A stretch of 64,000 nucleotides of DNA from Carpediemonas membranifera BICM (GCA_019828565.1 JAHDYR010000053.1:408214-472213), one strand, 5' to 3'. Shown: positions 53,201 through 64,000, counted from the first letter of the stretch. The notes: generated by a model not told the origin, from the sequence alone. Made by a program: numbers and translations.

Positions 53201-54078
53201 AAGCTGACCTAGGCTGCGTGTTTGTAACAGCTGGCAAACTGAAGGTCCGTGTCATGTCCATCTATAGTCCATGCACGGGAGCACAAGCCAAGAAAGAGTT
53301 CCACACTCTACTGTCCTCCGAGGTGAAGAAAGCTATTGAGCAAGGGCTCCAAGTTCTTGTCATGGGAGACTTCAACACGAACCTACTAGATCCATCGACG
53401 CTGTGGGCTACCACCCTAAAGGAGTGTGGCTTGAGACTGGTAGTGCCCGACGGCCCGACCTTCATGGACAGAGTAATTGATGGCATCGCAGCAACACCTA
53501 AGCTGGCTGATCTCATCGAGAAGCCGCTCACAGTATCCCTTGAACCCAAAGGACACAGAGCGGTTGTAGCAAGATCAGGCATAACGGGTTACTTTCGCAC
53601 GAGGAGCAAGGCAACAGCAGTCCTCAACGAAAGACATGTGGCTAACGTACTTGAATGCAGCAAGGATCATCGAAAGGCGAGGACTCTCCTGAGGAACATC
53701 AGCCACCTTGATGTCGACCAAGCCTTTCAAAGCCTGACGTCGACTATCAACCGATGGGCGTTGGTGGACACTGCGGCCTCACATGAAGTGAGAGAAGTCG
53801 AGAGAGCAGAAGACTACGACCACTGGTTTGTCGCCGGAGAGCAGATCGGTATTTCCCCTGAACGGCTCTATGAGCTCATCATTGAGGATCATCGCCACCA
53901 ACATCAGCTCAAGGAGAGGACGAGCAGAGGCCCCAAAGCTCTCGTGTGCTCTGAGCTATCATCAGCAATGCTATCAGTAGCGTTAGCATCCTCGGAGAGC
54001 CACGCCCACTCAACACTCAAAGCCTACCATGCCCGAGCCAAGCGAGTCTCTGAGAGCATGGATGTCATGTCCCCCTGA
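50206..54078 (+). CDS. LINE polyprotein N-part: OTU-like protease, Maelstrom/DEDD nuclease, APE endonuclease
   Basis: ADGNCGLHSL...LHF; VVDFE, YPVEAG, VHGCP, CPYH...HCALSD; SWNC, IQE, GVGI, SIYSP, MGDFN, PTF..IDGI. Confidence 0.85.
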   Translation: MDWSKFADFISARCPTVLDQRNDPWPPTISTVPNSPSLTWQAVGQREPLGPRIAHSGRPGPIVSPDGLNLTPFMGLEVIHLLYGASPVLGGHAMTELYAEWGGATAADLQSSLSNTLSDSLISPIRRKAYPVDDSTISISSCSNSDVELASPIPVSVEEVARQIRKEISSCEENSIYPSSPIVAEEPNARWGPLMSIPVHADGNCGLHSLAVSLGMTGLTRREAVSKLASAIQNGTVDLNSSWRSTVRTLTTHTTASDIGSAFLSTTDLRNIASLFGKNVLIAHRYDANTVSVTIPALSEFSTLPLNIDALKTMLKTDYILIRLSALHFTPLFPSVRSAEARRLQYAEYRPRRAPSSVARNNIAAEGLDSAPSSVARNNRDGVHGALIGLSGKREGPVSHILVVDFEGLGTAVDRRATKQSRVSYPVEAGATLLARVKDPETGIMMWDVAGVHWGGLEVDIPAQLMQTALYQAAVVHGCPPMSFRVHPDHPGISFPSPTDWLHHLTVIVSSLPNCIMVAKDPRLENSVLESWVSESDAPFLDKVYDISDLESIDKRSFGHIHDYCRSPEFSEAMSIAQCLTMVKCPCPYHIGTDPGYHCALSDTVAFAAVLHTVSCLDRTSRGAITSTYSEITDAWRKDLDVLIGNWSSLLPDLAVLLLQDLHLPTLEELHHILKEYVIAPKGGCSFPTGDRARQAMTRRQFIAVRSPARRGWEWFDPLAKMIAVADAAGIVPPNSLEQPFIRIATVNNDSSFSNQLTAQQVYWECPPHRDLPQSAAELLALNVPPSADNSKGVVKRSYRAPDHWFLVPRIPNKPVRGLRKVRLRGPMTRGDMDALIQKAETAWVSEAWDLSPVFKALQSARAHDGNWSKVEPPASSTPAPSLATRVSPATFRNQRGRSQAGRRPVNGHLYSWNCTSLNITKMTLALVQDVDIMAIQELWWWAQSPELPTTNDKVLLYHGVIKSESETKHLGVGIMLRKELAELCTYVENQPHSPRLIQADLGCVFVTAGKLKVRVMSIYSPCTGAQAKKEFHTLLSSEVKKAIEQGLQVLVMGDFNTNLLDPSTLWATTLKECGLRLVVPDGPTFMDRVIDGIAATPKLADLIEKPLTVSLEPKGHRAVVARSGITGYFRTRSKATAVLNERHVANVLECSKDHRKARTLLRNISHLDVDQAFQSLTSTINRWALVDTAASHEVREVERAEDYDHWFVAGEQIGISPERLYELIIEDHRHQHQLKERTSRGPKALVCSELSSAMLSVALASSESHAHSTLKAYHARAKRVSESMDVMSP

Positions 54079-54107
54079 ATTCTTTAGATACGTCCATTGG
54101 AAGCTTT

Positions 54108-56210
54108 TTGAAGGGGCAGGCCAGAGTGTCTGGTCTTCGCAGAGACCTGGAAGGCTTACTCAGAGGACCCGGCCTTCCTGCTACCACCACAGTAGGAGGC
54201 AGAGTGATCACCAACCGAGAAGAAGTAGCCAAGGCCTTCGAGGAGTGGTATGCGTCAGTATCATATGTGGCAGGAGCAGTAGAACCATCCATCTCTCGCC
54301 CCGATATAGAGCTCGAAATCACGGACACTCTCCTGGAAGGGGCTCTCAAATCTGCCAAGAATAGATCAGCCCCAGGCAGTGATGGACTAACCCCGGCAAT
54401 TTTCAAATATAGCCCAGTCCTCAAGGAGGCGCTCAAGACTCTGCTACAGAAGTGCATTGACCAACTCAAGACCCCAGCAGAGTGGCATACCGCCGTGGTA
54501 ATTCCATTGAAAAAGCCCGGCTCTACTAGCGATGCTCCTGTGGCGTTCAGACCTATCTCCCTACTTTCCACAGCCCACAAGGTGCTCGGCACAATGATGA
54601 TCCGCACGATTGACCGAGACAACCCTCTTCCCCCTGAACAATACGGTGCAAGGCCGGGTGTTTCATCGGTTGATGCACTATGGGCTATTGAGCACGCGAG
54701 ACGTGGGTTCAAAGCGACCCACATTGGGACTCTGGACGTGGCTAAGGCCTTTGACCGTGTCCCGAGGAGAGATGCATTGGACTCGTTGAGGGGGAACAGA
54801 AGGGCCATTGAGATGTTGAAGGAGATGCATTTGCACACAAGGATCTCTATGCGAGGTAGCAGCACTAGCGCCGCTACCAACACAGGAGTACGGCAAGGAT
54901 GCACCACTGCTCCCTTCATCTTCACAAGATACCTTGCGGAAGTCCCTCACATCATTGCAAGCTTAACTGCTCTAGGGAAGGAAGCAATTGAGAAGCTTCC
55001 TCCCGACATAGAGACCCTGAGACGAGTGGCAGCAAGGCCGTGCGTTCCCTGGATTGTCACAGTCCTGTTCGTTGATGACATTACAATAGTAGCTCCCTCC
55101 CTTAAGTGGTTGGAGGCAGCACTTACGGCGGCATGGACATGCATGCTAGCGCTATCCTTGGAGCCCAACGATAAGACCACCTATGTCTCAGAGGACGACA
55201 CCCCCTCCCTCACCATCCATGGCAATCCAGTCATTAAGAGAGACGCGGTCAAGCTCCTAGGGGTCCTCTTCGATACGTCCCGAGACTTCTCCACCCAGAA
55301 TAGGACTATGGGCGAAAGGATAGACAGAGAGCTACGACTACTGAGAGCTAGCGGCGTGATGCACTCCAAGTTCTGTCCTCGCATTGTAGAGGTCTACACC
55401 CTCCCCAAGCTGCTGTACGGGTGGAGCGTCTGGGCTAATCATAAGGCTGTCTCCCAGGTAGGCAAGCTTGCATCGGCAGCCCTAAGGATCAGCCCAACTG
55501 CATCGGAGGCGAAGTACCTGGAGCTAGGCTGGCTGCATCCAGAGGCAATGCTCCTGCTGGACAGATTCAAGCAAGGGGTGAGATGGGCGAGAATCCATCC
55601 GGGCAAGGATCTCCCAGACTGCATTGCTGAGGCACAAGGCAGCCTTGGCCTGTCCCACTCCGACAGCCTTGACCTAGCAGCCTGTCGAGCAGCCCAGCTC
55701 TCTCACGACATAATCTGCCGTGGTAACAAAGTGGCTGTCAGGAGATACGTCACGGAGTCGGCACTCACCCGCCCTTTTACCCGCTCTAACTACCCGGCCA
55801 GGCAGCCATACCTCGACCATCTAACGGCTGGGCCAGCGAAGCGCCTCGCGATGCTACGGCTATCGTGTCTACCAATGCCAACGAGAGGGGCTCTTCCTGA
55901 CGCGTGGCAGCCGGTCAGGGGAATCCTACAGGACCTGAAGGATGAACCGGAAGCCGCCGCAGCTCTTGAGGCATGTCCTCTCTGTCAGGGTGAGGCCATC
56001 GCCGCGGCTGTGATTGAGATCCTGACGTCCCCTACCAAGACCTTAGCAGTGCTGAGATCCAGGACGTGGGTTGTCCTGAACCAGACCCACTTGGCTAAGT
56101 GCGACCACTTCAAGATTAACCCCATCCTCCTTTTCAAGGACCCCCTGACCCTGAGCAGGCGTGACGACGCCAAGCTCACACATATGTTGAGTGTACTTTG
56201 TGACGCGTGA
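54108..56210 (+). CDS. LINE reverse transcriptase (non-LTR type)
   Basis: SAPGSDG, FRPISLL, QYGAR, LDVAKAFD, GVRQG, LFVDD, KLLG. C-terminal CPLC. Confidence 0.92.
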   Translation: MKGQARVSGLRRDLEGLLRGPGLPATTTVGGRVITNREEVAKAFEEWYASVSYVAGAVEPSISRPDIELEITDTLLEGALKSAKNRSAPGSDGLTPAIFKYSPVLKEALKTLLQKCIDQLKTPAEWHTAVVIPLKKPGSTSDAPVAFRPISLLSTAHKVLGTMMIRTIDRDNPLPPEQYGARPGVSSVDALWAIEHARRGFKATHIGTLDVAKAFDRVPRRDALDSLRGNRRAIEMLKEMHLHTRISMRGSSTSAATNTGVRQGCTTAPFIFTRYLAEVPHIIASLTALGKEAIEKLPPDIETLRRVAARPCVPWIVTVLFVDDITIVAPSLKWLEAALTAAWTCMLALSLEPNDKTTYVSEDDTPSLTIHGNPVIKRDAVKLLGVLFDTSRDFSTQNRTMGERIDRELRLLRASGVMHSKFCPRIVEVYTLPKLLYGWSVWANHKAVSQVGKLASAALRISPTASEAKYLELGWLHPEAMLLLDRFKQGVRWARIHPGKDLPDCIAEAQGSLGLSHSDSLDLAACRAAQLSHDIICRGNKVAVRRYVTESALTRPFTRSNYPARQPYLDHLTAGPAKRLAMLRLSCLPMPTRGALPDAWQPVRGILQDLKDEPEAAAALEACPLCQGEAIAAAVIEILTSPTKTLAVLRSRTWVVLNQTHLAKCDHFKINPILLFKDPLTLSRRDDAKLTHMLSVLCDA

Positions 56211-56518
56211 CTGGTAGGTTCCCTCGCTTACATAGGAAAACGCCACCGTCCTCCCCGGTCTCAGGACCTCCTCGATCATCGTCCTGAGGGAGCCCCATCG
56301 GGCTCGGAGCACAGAGTCCCGCAGCGCCAAGAGCTGGAAGTTGTGAGCTGGCCGACCCGCGTGGGTCATCTTTTTACCCTTCTTCGAAGGGGTTTTAGGC
56401 CCTCCTCTCCCTGCAGCTTCAGAACAGTACTCTTGGGCGCCGCAGCTCTGGCTTCCAATGTTATGAGAACCGTTGCCCTCCTGCGGCTGATCACCGCTCG
56501 TCTGGCTCGGGTTGTGGC

Positions 56519-56586
56519 CAGTGCCTGGAGGTGGACACCCCGGCACTGTATCAAAAAATAAACTCAAAAACTCAAAAACTCAAAAC
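56519..56586 (+). other. LINE 3' terminal stem-loop followed by A-rich (AAAAACTC)n tail
   Basis: CAGTGCC...GGCACTG stem at 56519-56548 directly before the tail. Repeated at about 63858-63923. Confidence 0.6.
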
Positions 56587-56730
56587 TCCGACGCGTCCTC
56601 CTTCGCGTGGGGCGCCTGCCTATTCAACGGCGACCAGGGCCGCTCGGCTCAAGGCCGCTTTCCTCCCGAGTTCCGAGACTCTCATATCGGAGTCAAGGAG
56701 CTCTACGCGATTGGCCAGGCTATCAAGCTC

Positions 56731-59700
56731 AATTTTTTTCCGCACCATGGGCAAAAGTAGTTCTGGCTACAGAGGCCCAATCTTAGCGAAAGACACTGGT
56801 CCGCAACCACAAAGTACCACTGCTGCTCAAAGCAGTATCGCCGACCAACGCTTCCTGACGAGGAAGCACCTCAAATATGTTTCATCCGCCCCTCCTGTCC
56901 TCAAAAGACAACTACTAGCAGGCATTGCCTTTATTGGGGACCCCGTAATCATCCATCCCTTCAAAACTGAGCTTGCAACACACTCATCGACGGGCAATTT
57001 CGTCTCGGTGGCAATCCCAAACCTAAAACGGGACAACGCCCGCTATAAGCGGGCTAAGGATGCCTGTAATGACCTACTCCAAGATGCTGAGCACCTTGCA
57101 GCTGCATTTGGGCTCTCCATCCGGGAAGGTATCCTCAAACTCTTTCCCCTCATTGCCTATGATCTTGTCCACACGGTTGGAACGCTTAAGGCTGCCCTAA
57201 TCCACTGCAGGTTCACGGGACTCCCCCAGCTAGCAGCATGGACTGGAGCAAGTTCGCAGATTTCATCTCCGCCAGATGCCCTACAGTGTTAGACCAACGG
57301 AACGATCCTTGGCCTCCAACCATATCCACTGTCCCGAACTCTCCGAGCCTGACATGGCAGGCAGTCGGTCAAAGAGAGCCTCTTGGTCCCCGCATCGCTC
57401 ACTCCGGCCGGCCCGGCCCCATTGTATCTCCGGATGGTCTCAACCTCACGCCGTTCATGGGCCTCGAGGTAATCCACTTACTGTATGGCGCCTCTCCCGT
57501 GTTGGGAGGACATGCGATGACTGAGCTTTATGCCGAATGGGGTGGAGCCACAGCGGCCGACCTTCAGTCTTCCTTATCGAATACCTTATCAGACAGCCTT
57601 ATCTCTCCCATTCGCCGGAAGGCCTATCCAGTCGATGACTCTACTATATCCATAAGTTCCTGTTCAAACTCTGATGTTGAGCTCGCAAGCCCGATCCCTG
57701 TTAGCGTGGAAGAGGTTGCGCGGCAGATTCGGAAAGAAATATCGTCTTGCGAAGAGAACAGCATTTATCCATCATCCCCGATCGTAGCTGAGGAGCCTAA
57801 CGCCCGTTGGGGCCCTCTCATGAGCATCCCAGTTCACGCCGACGGCAACTGTGGCCTTCACTCACTTGCTGTCTCTCTGGGTATGACGGGCCTGACGAGA
57901 CGAGAAGCCGTGTCGAAACTTGCCTCCGCCATCCAGAATGGTACAGTGGATCTTAACTCCTCGTGGAGATCCACGGTGCGCACTTTAACCACACACACCA
58001 CCGCTAGCGACATTGGTAGTGCCTTCCTATCCACCACAGACCTCCGCAATATTGCATCGCTCTTTTGGAAAAAATGTGCTTATTGCTCATCGATATGATG
58101 CCAACACAGTCTCAGTAACCATCCCAGCATTATCCGAGTTCTCTACACTTCCTCTCAATATTGACGCGCTCAAAACGATGCTCAAAACCGATTACATCCT
58201 CATTAGACTGAGTGCTCTGCACTTCACGCCTCTTTTCCGTCTGTGAGGAGCGCAGAAGCAAGGCGCCTGCAATATGCTGAATATCGTCCAAGAAGAGCCC
58301 CCTCTAGTGTGGCTCGCAACAACATCGCCGCTGAAGGCCTCGATAGCGCCCCCTCTAGTGTGGCCCGCAACAACATCGCCGCTGAAGGCCTCGATAGCGC
58401 CCCCTCTAGTGTGGCTCGCAACAACATCGTCGCTGGAGGCCTCGATAGCGCCCCCTCTAGTGTGGCCCGCAACAACATCGCCGCTGGAGGCCTCGATAGC
58501 GCCCCCTCTAGTGTGGCCCGCAACAACATCGCCGCTGAAGGCCTCGATAGCGCCCCCTCTAGTGTGGCCCGCAACAACATCGCCGCTGAAGGCCTCGATA
58601 GCGCCCCCTCTAGTGTGGCCCGCAACAACATCGCCGCTGAAGGCCTCGATAGCGCCCCCTCTAGTGTGGCCCGCAACAACCGTGATGGCGTCCATGGCGC
58701 TCTCATAGGCTTGTCTGGCAAGAGAGAGGGTCCTGTTTCTCATATCCTAGTGGTCGACTTTGAAGGACTAGGAACTGCCGTAGACCGCAGAGCCACCAAA
58801 CAGAGTCGCGTCTCATATCCCGTAGAGGCCGGCGCCACACTCCTAGCCCGCGTCAAGGATCCTGAAACGGGGATAATGATGTGGGACGTCGCAGGGGTCC
58901 ACTGGGGCGGCTTAGAAGTTGATATCCCAGCGCAGTTAATGCAGACAGCTTTATACCAAGCGGCAGTTGTTCATGGGTGTCCTCCCATGAGCTTCAGAGT
59001 ACACCCCGACCACCCCGGGATCTCATTCCCCAGCCCGACCGACTGGCTTCACCACCTCACGGTCATAGTGAGCTCCCTCCCGAACTGCATCATGGTCGCC
59101 AAAGACCCGAGACTTGAGAACTCCGTCCTAGAGTCATGGGTCTCGGAAAGCGATGCCCCCTTCCTTGACAAGGTCTATGACATAAGTGATCTAGAGTCCA
59201 TAGACAAAAGATCCTTTGGGCATATCCATGACTACTGCCGTTCACCCGAGTTCTCTGAGGCGATGTCGATAGCCCAATGTCTCACAATGGTGAAGTGCCC
59301 CTGCCCGTACCACATTGGAACAGATCCAGGCTACCATTGTGCTCTCAGTGACACTGTAGCTTTCGCGGCGGTACTGCACACAGTCTCATGTCTCGACCGA
59401 ACATCTAGGGGAGCTATCACATCCACGTACTCTGAAATCACTGATGCATGGAGGAAAGACTTGGATGTCCTCATCGGCAACTGGTCCTCTCTCCTGCCCG
59501 ACCTGGCCGTGCTACTACTCCAAGACCTCCACCTGCCAACGCTTGAGGAGCTGCACCACATCCTCAAGGAGTACGTAATAGCACCTAAGGGTGGCTGCTC
59601 CTTCCCCACAGGTGATAGGGCCAGACAGGCTATGACGTGCCGTCAATTTATTGCAGTGCGGAGCCCAGCTCGGCGAGGGTGGGAATGGTTTGATCCTCTT

Positions 59701-62700
59701 GCCAAGATGATAGCGGTGGCGGATGCGGCAGGCATAGTCCCTCCAAACAGCCTAGAACAGCCATTCATCAGGATAGCGACGGTGAATAACGACAGCTCCT
59801 TCAGCAATCAGTTGACGGCTCAGCAAGTTTACTGGGAGTGCCCTCCTCACCGAGACCTACCGCAATCTGCTGCAGAGCTTCTGGCTCTCAACGTTCCTCC
59901 CTCGGCAGACAACTCCAAAGGAGTAGTCAAGAGGTCCTACAGAGCGCCGGATCATTGGTTTCTAGTCCCGAGAATCCCCAACAAGCCAGTGCGAGGGCTC
60001 CGCAAAGTCAGACTGAGAGGGCCCATGACTCGAGGAGACATGGATGCCCTCATACAGAAGGCAGAAACAGCATGGGTCAGCGAAGCGTGGGACCTTTCTC
60101 CGGTGTTCAAAGCTCTCCAGAGTGCCCGAGCTCACGACGGTAACTGGAGTAAGGTTGAGCCACCGGCTTCTTCCACGCCAGCTCCAAGCTTAGCCACGCG
60201 AGTCTCGCCTGCGACCTTCAGGAATCAGAGAGGGCGAAGTCAAGCAGGTAGACGACCAGTAAATGGTCACCTCTACTCGTGGAATTGCACATCACTCAAC
60301 ATCACCAAGATGACTCTTGCTCTAGTACAAGACGTGGACATCATGGCCATTCAGGAGCTATGGTGGTGGGCCCAGTCCCCGGAGCTGCCCACAACGAATG
60401 ACAAGGTCCTGCTATACCACGGAGTGATCAAGTCAGAGTCCGAGACAAAGCATCTAGGCGTAGGCATCATGCTGAGGAAGGAATTAGCTGAGCTCTGCAC
60501 ATACGTCGAGAACCAACCCCACTCTCCAAGGTTGATTCAAGCTGACCTAGGCTGCGTGTTTGTAACAGCTGGCAAACTGAAGGTCCGTGTCATGTCCATC
60601 TATAGTCCATGCACGGGAGCACAAGCCAAGAAAGAGTTCCACACTCTACTGTCCTCCGAGGTGAAGAAAGCTATTGAGCAAGGGCTCCAAGTTCTTGTCA
60701 TGGGAGACTTCAACACGAACCTACTAGATCCATCGACGCTGTGGGCTACCACCCTAAAGGAGTGTGGCTTGAGACTGGTAGTGCCCGACGGCCCGACCTT
60801 CATGGACAGAGTAATTGATGGCATCGCAGCAACACCTAAGCTGGCTGATCTCATCAAGAAGCCGCTCACAGTATCCCTTGAACCCAAAGGACACAGAGCG
60901 GTTGTAGCAAGATCAGGCATAACGGGTTACTTTCGCACGAGGAGCAAGGCAACAGCAGTCCTCAACGAAAGACATGTGGCTAACGTACTTGAATGCAGCA
61001 AGGATCATCGAAAGGCGAGGACTCTCCTGAGGAACATCAGCCACCTTGATGTCGACCAAGCCTTTCAAAGCCTGACGTCGACTATCAACCGATGGGCGTT
61101 GGTGGACACTGCGGCCTCACATGAAGTGAGAGAAGTCGAGAGAGCAGAAGACTACGACCACTGGTTTGTCGCCGGAGAGCAGATCGGTATTTCCCCTGAA
61201 CGGCTCTATGAGCTCATCATTGAGGATCATCGCCACCAACATCAGCTCAAGGAGAGGACGAGCAGAGGCCCCAAAGCTCTCGTGTGCTCTGAGCTATCAT
61301 CAGCAATGCTATCAGTAGCGTTAGCATCCTCGGAGAGCCACGCCCACTCAACACTCAAAGCCTACCATGCCCGAGCCAAGCGAGTCTCTGAGAGCATGGA
61401 TGTCATGTCCCCTGAATTCTTTAGATACGTCCATTGGAAGCTTTTTGAAGGGGCAGGCCAGAGTGTCTGGTCTTCGCAGAGACCTGGAAGGCTTACTCAG
61501 AGGACCCGGCCTTCCTGCTACCACCACAGTAGGAGGCAGAGTGATCACCAACCGAGAAGAAGTAGCCAAGGCCTTCGAGGAGTGGTATGCGTCAGTATCA
61601 TATGTGGCAGGAGCAGTAGAACCATCCATCTCTCGCCCCGATATAGAGCTCGAAATCACGGACACTCTCCTGGAAGGGGCTCTCAAATCTGCCAAGAATA
61701 GATCAGCCCCAGGCAGTGATGGACTAACCCCGGCAATTTTCAAATATTGCCCAGTCCTCAAGGAGGCGCTCAAGACTCTGCTACAGAAGTGCATTGACCA
61801 ACTCAAGACCCCAGCAGAGTGGCATACCGCCGTGGTAATTCCATTGAAAAAGCCCGGCTCTACTAGCGATGCTCCTGTGGCGTTCAGACCTATCTCCCTA
61901 CTTTCCACAGCCCACAAGGTGCTCGGCACAATGATGATCCGCACGATTGACCGAGACAACCCTCTTCCCCCTGAACAATACGGTGCAAGGCCGGGTGTTT
62001 CATCGGTTGATGCACTATGGGCTATTGAGCACGCGAGACGTGGGTTCAAAGCGACCCACATTGGGACTCTGGACGTGGCTAAGGCCTTTGACCGTGTCCC
62101 GAGGAGAGATGCATTGGACTCGTTGAGGGGGGAACAGAAGGGCCATTGAGATGTTGAAGGAGATGCATTTGCACACAAGGATCTCTATGCGAGGTAGCAG
62201 CACTAGCGCCGCTACCAACACAGGAGTACGGCAAGGATGCACCACTGCTCCCTTCATCTTCACAAGATACCTTGCGGAAGTCCCTCACATCATTGCAAGC
62301 TTAACCGCTCTAGGGAAGGAAGCAATTGAGAAGCTTCCTCCCGACATAGAGACCCTGAGACGAGTGGCAGCAAGGCCGTGCGTTCCCTGGATTGTCACAG
62401 TCCTGTTCGTTGATGACATTACAATAGTAGCTCCCTCCCTTAAGTGGTTGGAGGCAGCACTTACGGCGGCATGGACATGCATGCTAGCGCTATCCTTGGA
62501 GCCCAACGATAAGACCACCTATGTCTCAGAGGACGACACCCCCTCCCTCACCATCCATGGCAATCCAGTCATTAAGAGAGACGCGGTCAAGCTCCTAGGG
62601 GTCCTCTTCGATACGTCCCGAGACTTCTCCACCCAGAATAGGACTATGGGCGAAAGGATAGACAGAGAGCTACGACTACTGAGAGCTAGCGGCGTGATGC

Positions 62701-63923
62701 ACTCCAAGTTCTGTCCTCGCATTGTAGAGGTCTACACCCTCCCCAAGCTGCTGTACGGGTGGAGCGTCTGGGCTAATCATAAGGCTGTCTCCCAGGTAGG
62801 CAAGCTTGCATCGGCAGCCCTAAGGATCAGCCCAACTGCATCGGAGGCGAAGTACCTGGAGCTAGGCTGGCTGCATCCAGAGGCAATGCTCCTGCTGGAC
62901 AGATTCAAGCAAGGGGTGAGATGGGCGAGAATCCATCCGGGCAAGGATCTCCCAGACTGCATTGCTGAGGCACAAGGCAGCCTTGGCCTGTCCCACTCCG
63001 ACAGCCTTGACCTAGCAGCCTGTCGAGCAGCCCAGCTCTCTCACGACATAATCTGCCGTGGTAACAAAGTGGCTGTCAGGAGATACGTCACGGAGTCGGC
63101 ACTCACCCGCCCTTTTACCCGCTCTAACTACCCGGCCAGGCAGCCATACCTCGACCATCTAACGGCTGGGCCAGCGAAGCGCCTCGCGATGCTACGGCTA
63201 TCGTGTCTACCAATGCCAACGAGAGGGGCTCTTCCTGACGCGTGGCAGCCGGTCAGGGGAATCCTACAGGACCTGAAGGATGAACCGGAAGCCGCCGCAG
63301 CTCTTGAGGCATGTCCTCTCTGTCAGGGTGAGGCCATCGCCGCGGCTGTGATTGAGATCCTGACGTCCCCTACCAAGACCTTAGCAGTGCTGAGATCCAG
63401 GACGTGGGTTGTCCTGAACCAGACCCACTTGGCTAAGTGCGACCACTTCAAGATTAACCCCATCCTCCTTTTCAAGGACCCCCTGACCCTGAGCAGGCGT
63501 GACGACGCCAAGCTCACACATATGTTGAGTGTACTTTGTGACGCGTGACTGGTAGGTTCCCTCGCTTACATAGGAAAACGCCACCGTCCTCCCCGGTCTC
63601 AGGACCTCCTCGATCATCGTCCTGAGGGGAGCCCCATCGGGCTCGGAGCACAGAGTCCCGCAGCGCCAAGAGCTGGAAGTTGTGAGCTGGCCGACCCGCG
63701 TGGGTCATCTTTTTACCCTTCTTCGAAGGGGTTTTAGGCCCTCCTCTCCCTGCAGCTTCAGAACAGTACTCTTGGGCGCCGCAGCTCTGGCTTCCAATGT
63801 TATGAGAACCGTTGCCCTCCTGCGGCTGATCACCGCTCGTCTGGCTCGGGTTGTGGCCAGTGCCTGGAGGTGGACACCCCGGCACTGTATCAAAAAATAA
63901 ACTCAAAAACTCAAAAACTCAAA
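56731..63923 (+). mobile_element. Full-length non-LTR retrotransposon copy 2 (near-identical to copy 1, +306 bp VNTR), TSD GCTATCAAGCTC
   Basis: TSD at 56719-56730 and 63924-63935, same 5' start and tail. Single-base indels occur in homopolymers. Confidence 0.93.
58297..58680 (+). repeat. 51-bp in-frame coding tandem repeat (SAPSSVARNNIAAEGLD) x7.5, versus x1.5 in copy 1 (51265-51342)
   Basis: Directly visible. The 6x51=306 bp difference accounts for the length difference between the LINE copies. Confidence 0.95.
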
Positions 63924-64000
63924 GCTATCAAGCTCACCCCAACCCAGCGCACCAGGACCCAACTAGCTATCTTTTCGGACAACACCGCGGCCATCGCATG

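Larger units (their letters stand above)
49699..56586 (+). mobile_element. Full-length non-LTR retrotransposon copy 1 (ORF-A; OTU-MAEL-APE-RT), TSD TCCGACGCGTCC
   Basis: TSD at 49687-49698 and 56587-56598, (AAAAACTC)n tail, APE and non-LTR RT motifs. Confidence 0.93.
48048..64000 (+). mobile_element. DIRS-like retroelement (gag-like ORF + overlapping RT/RNase H), interrupted by two LINE insertions and continuing beyond the window
   Basis: RT LKIDLASGYHQ, LGFGWTAAP, YLDD, LEYLG. RNase H reassembles across the inserts as VASDAS|SFAWGA...HIGVKELYAI..AIKL|...IFSDNTAAIA. No protease before RT. Left terminus not defined. Confidence 0.8.

Noticed and set aside
58297-58680. Regular repeats resembling a CRISPR array
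   Set aside because: Contiguous 51-bp units without unique spacers, in frame within a coding region: a VNTR
57238-63630. Copy-2-specific frameshifts (~58065, ~58233, ~62130, and ~63628 in the UTR) as biological pseudogenisation
   Set aside because: All lie in homopolymer runs and are more likely long-read consensus errors. This cannot be resolved without reads.
49699-63923. Two LINE copies as a tandem duplication or assembly artefact
   Set aside because: Each copy has its own distinct TSD, and unique DIRS RNase H sequence lies between and after them

Overview
Gene-dense genomic DNA from a unicellular eukaryote. It has very short (28-32 nt) spliceosomal introns, flagellar/cytoskeletal genes and an expanded RCC1-like family, consistent with a free-living fornicate such as Carpediemonas (taxonomy is inference only). 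Positions 1-47.3 kb are mostly host genes: Dis3L2/RNB, STT3, EF-hand, LRR, G-protein gamma, RPL4, DOLPP1, RPS3A, Cwc24, MYG1, a PHD-Tpt1 fusion, ALG3, PABPN1, SPEF1 and others. Two Fanzor/TnpB-like loci are embedded among them. One has an intact RuvC D-E-D triad (17.2-18.5 kb) and the other is a degenerate remnant (36.8-37.3 kb). Both end in a structurally similar putative omega-RNA with UNCG hairpins. The 31 nt right after the intact copy's scaffold match perfectly a site 17 kb away, just upstream of a membrane-protein gene. From about 48 kb to the end lies a DIRS-like retroelement. Its RNase H domain is interrupted twice, about 130 bp apart, by full-length copies of a 7-kb non-LTR retrotransposon, each with its own 12-bp TSD. 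That LINE has a highly unusual cargo: an OTU-like protease and a Maelstrom-like DEDD nuclease fused upstream of the APE endonuclease and RT.
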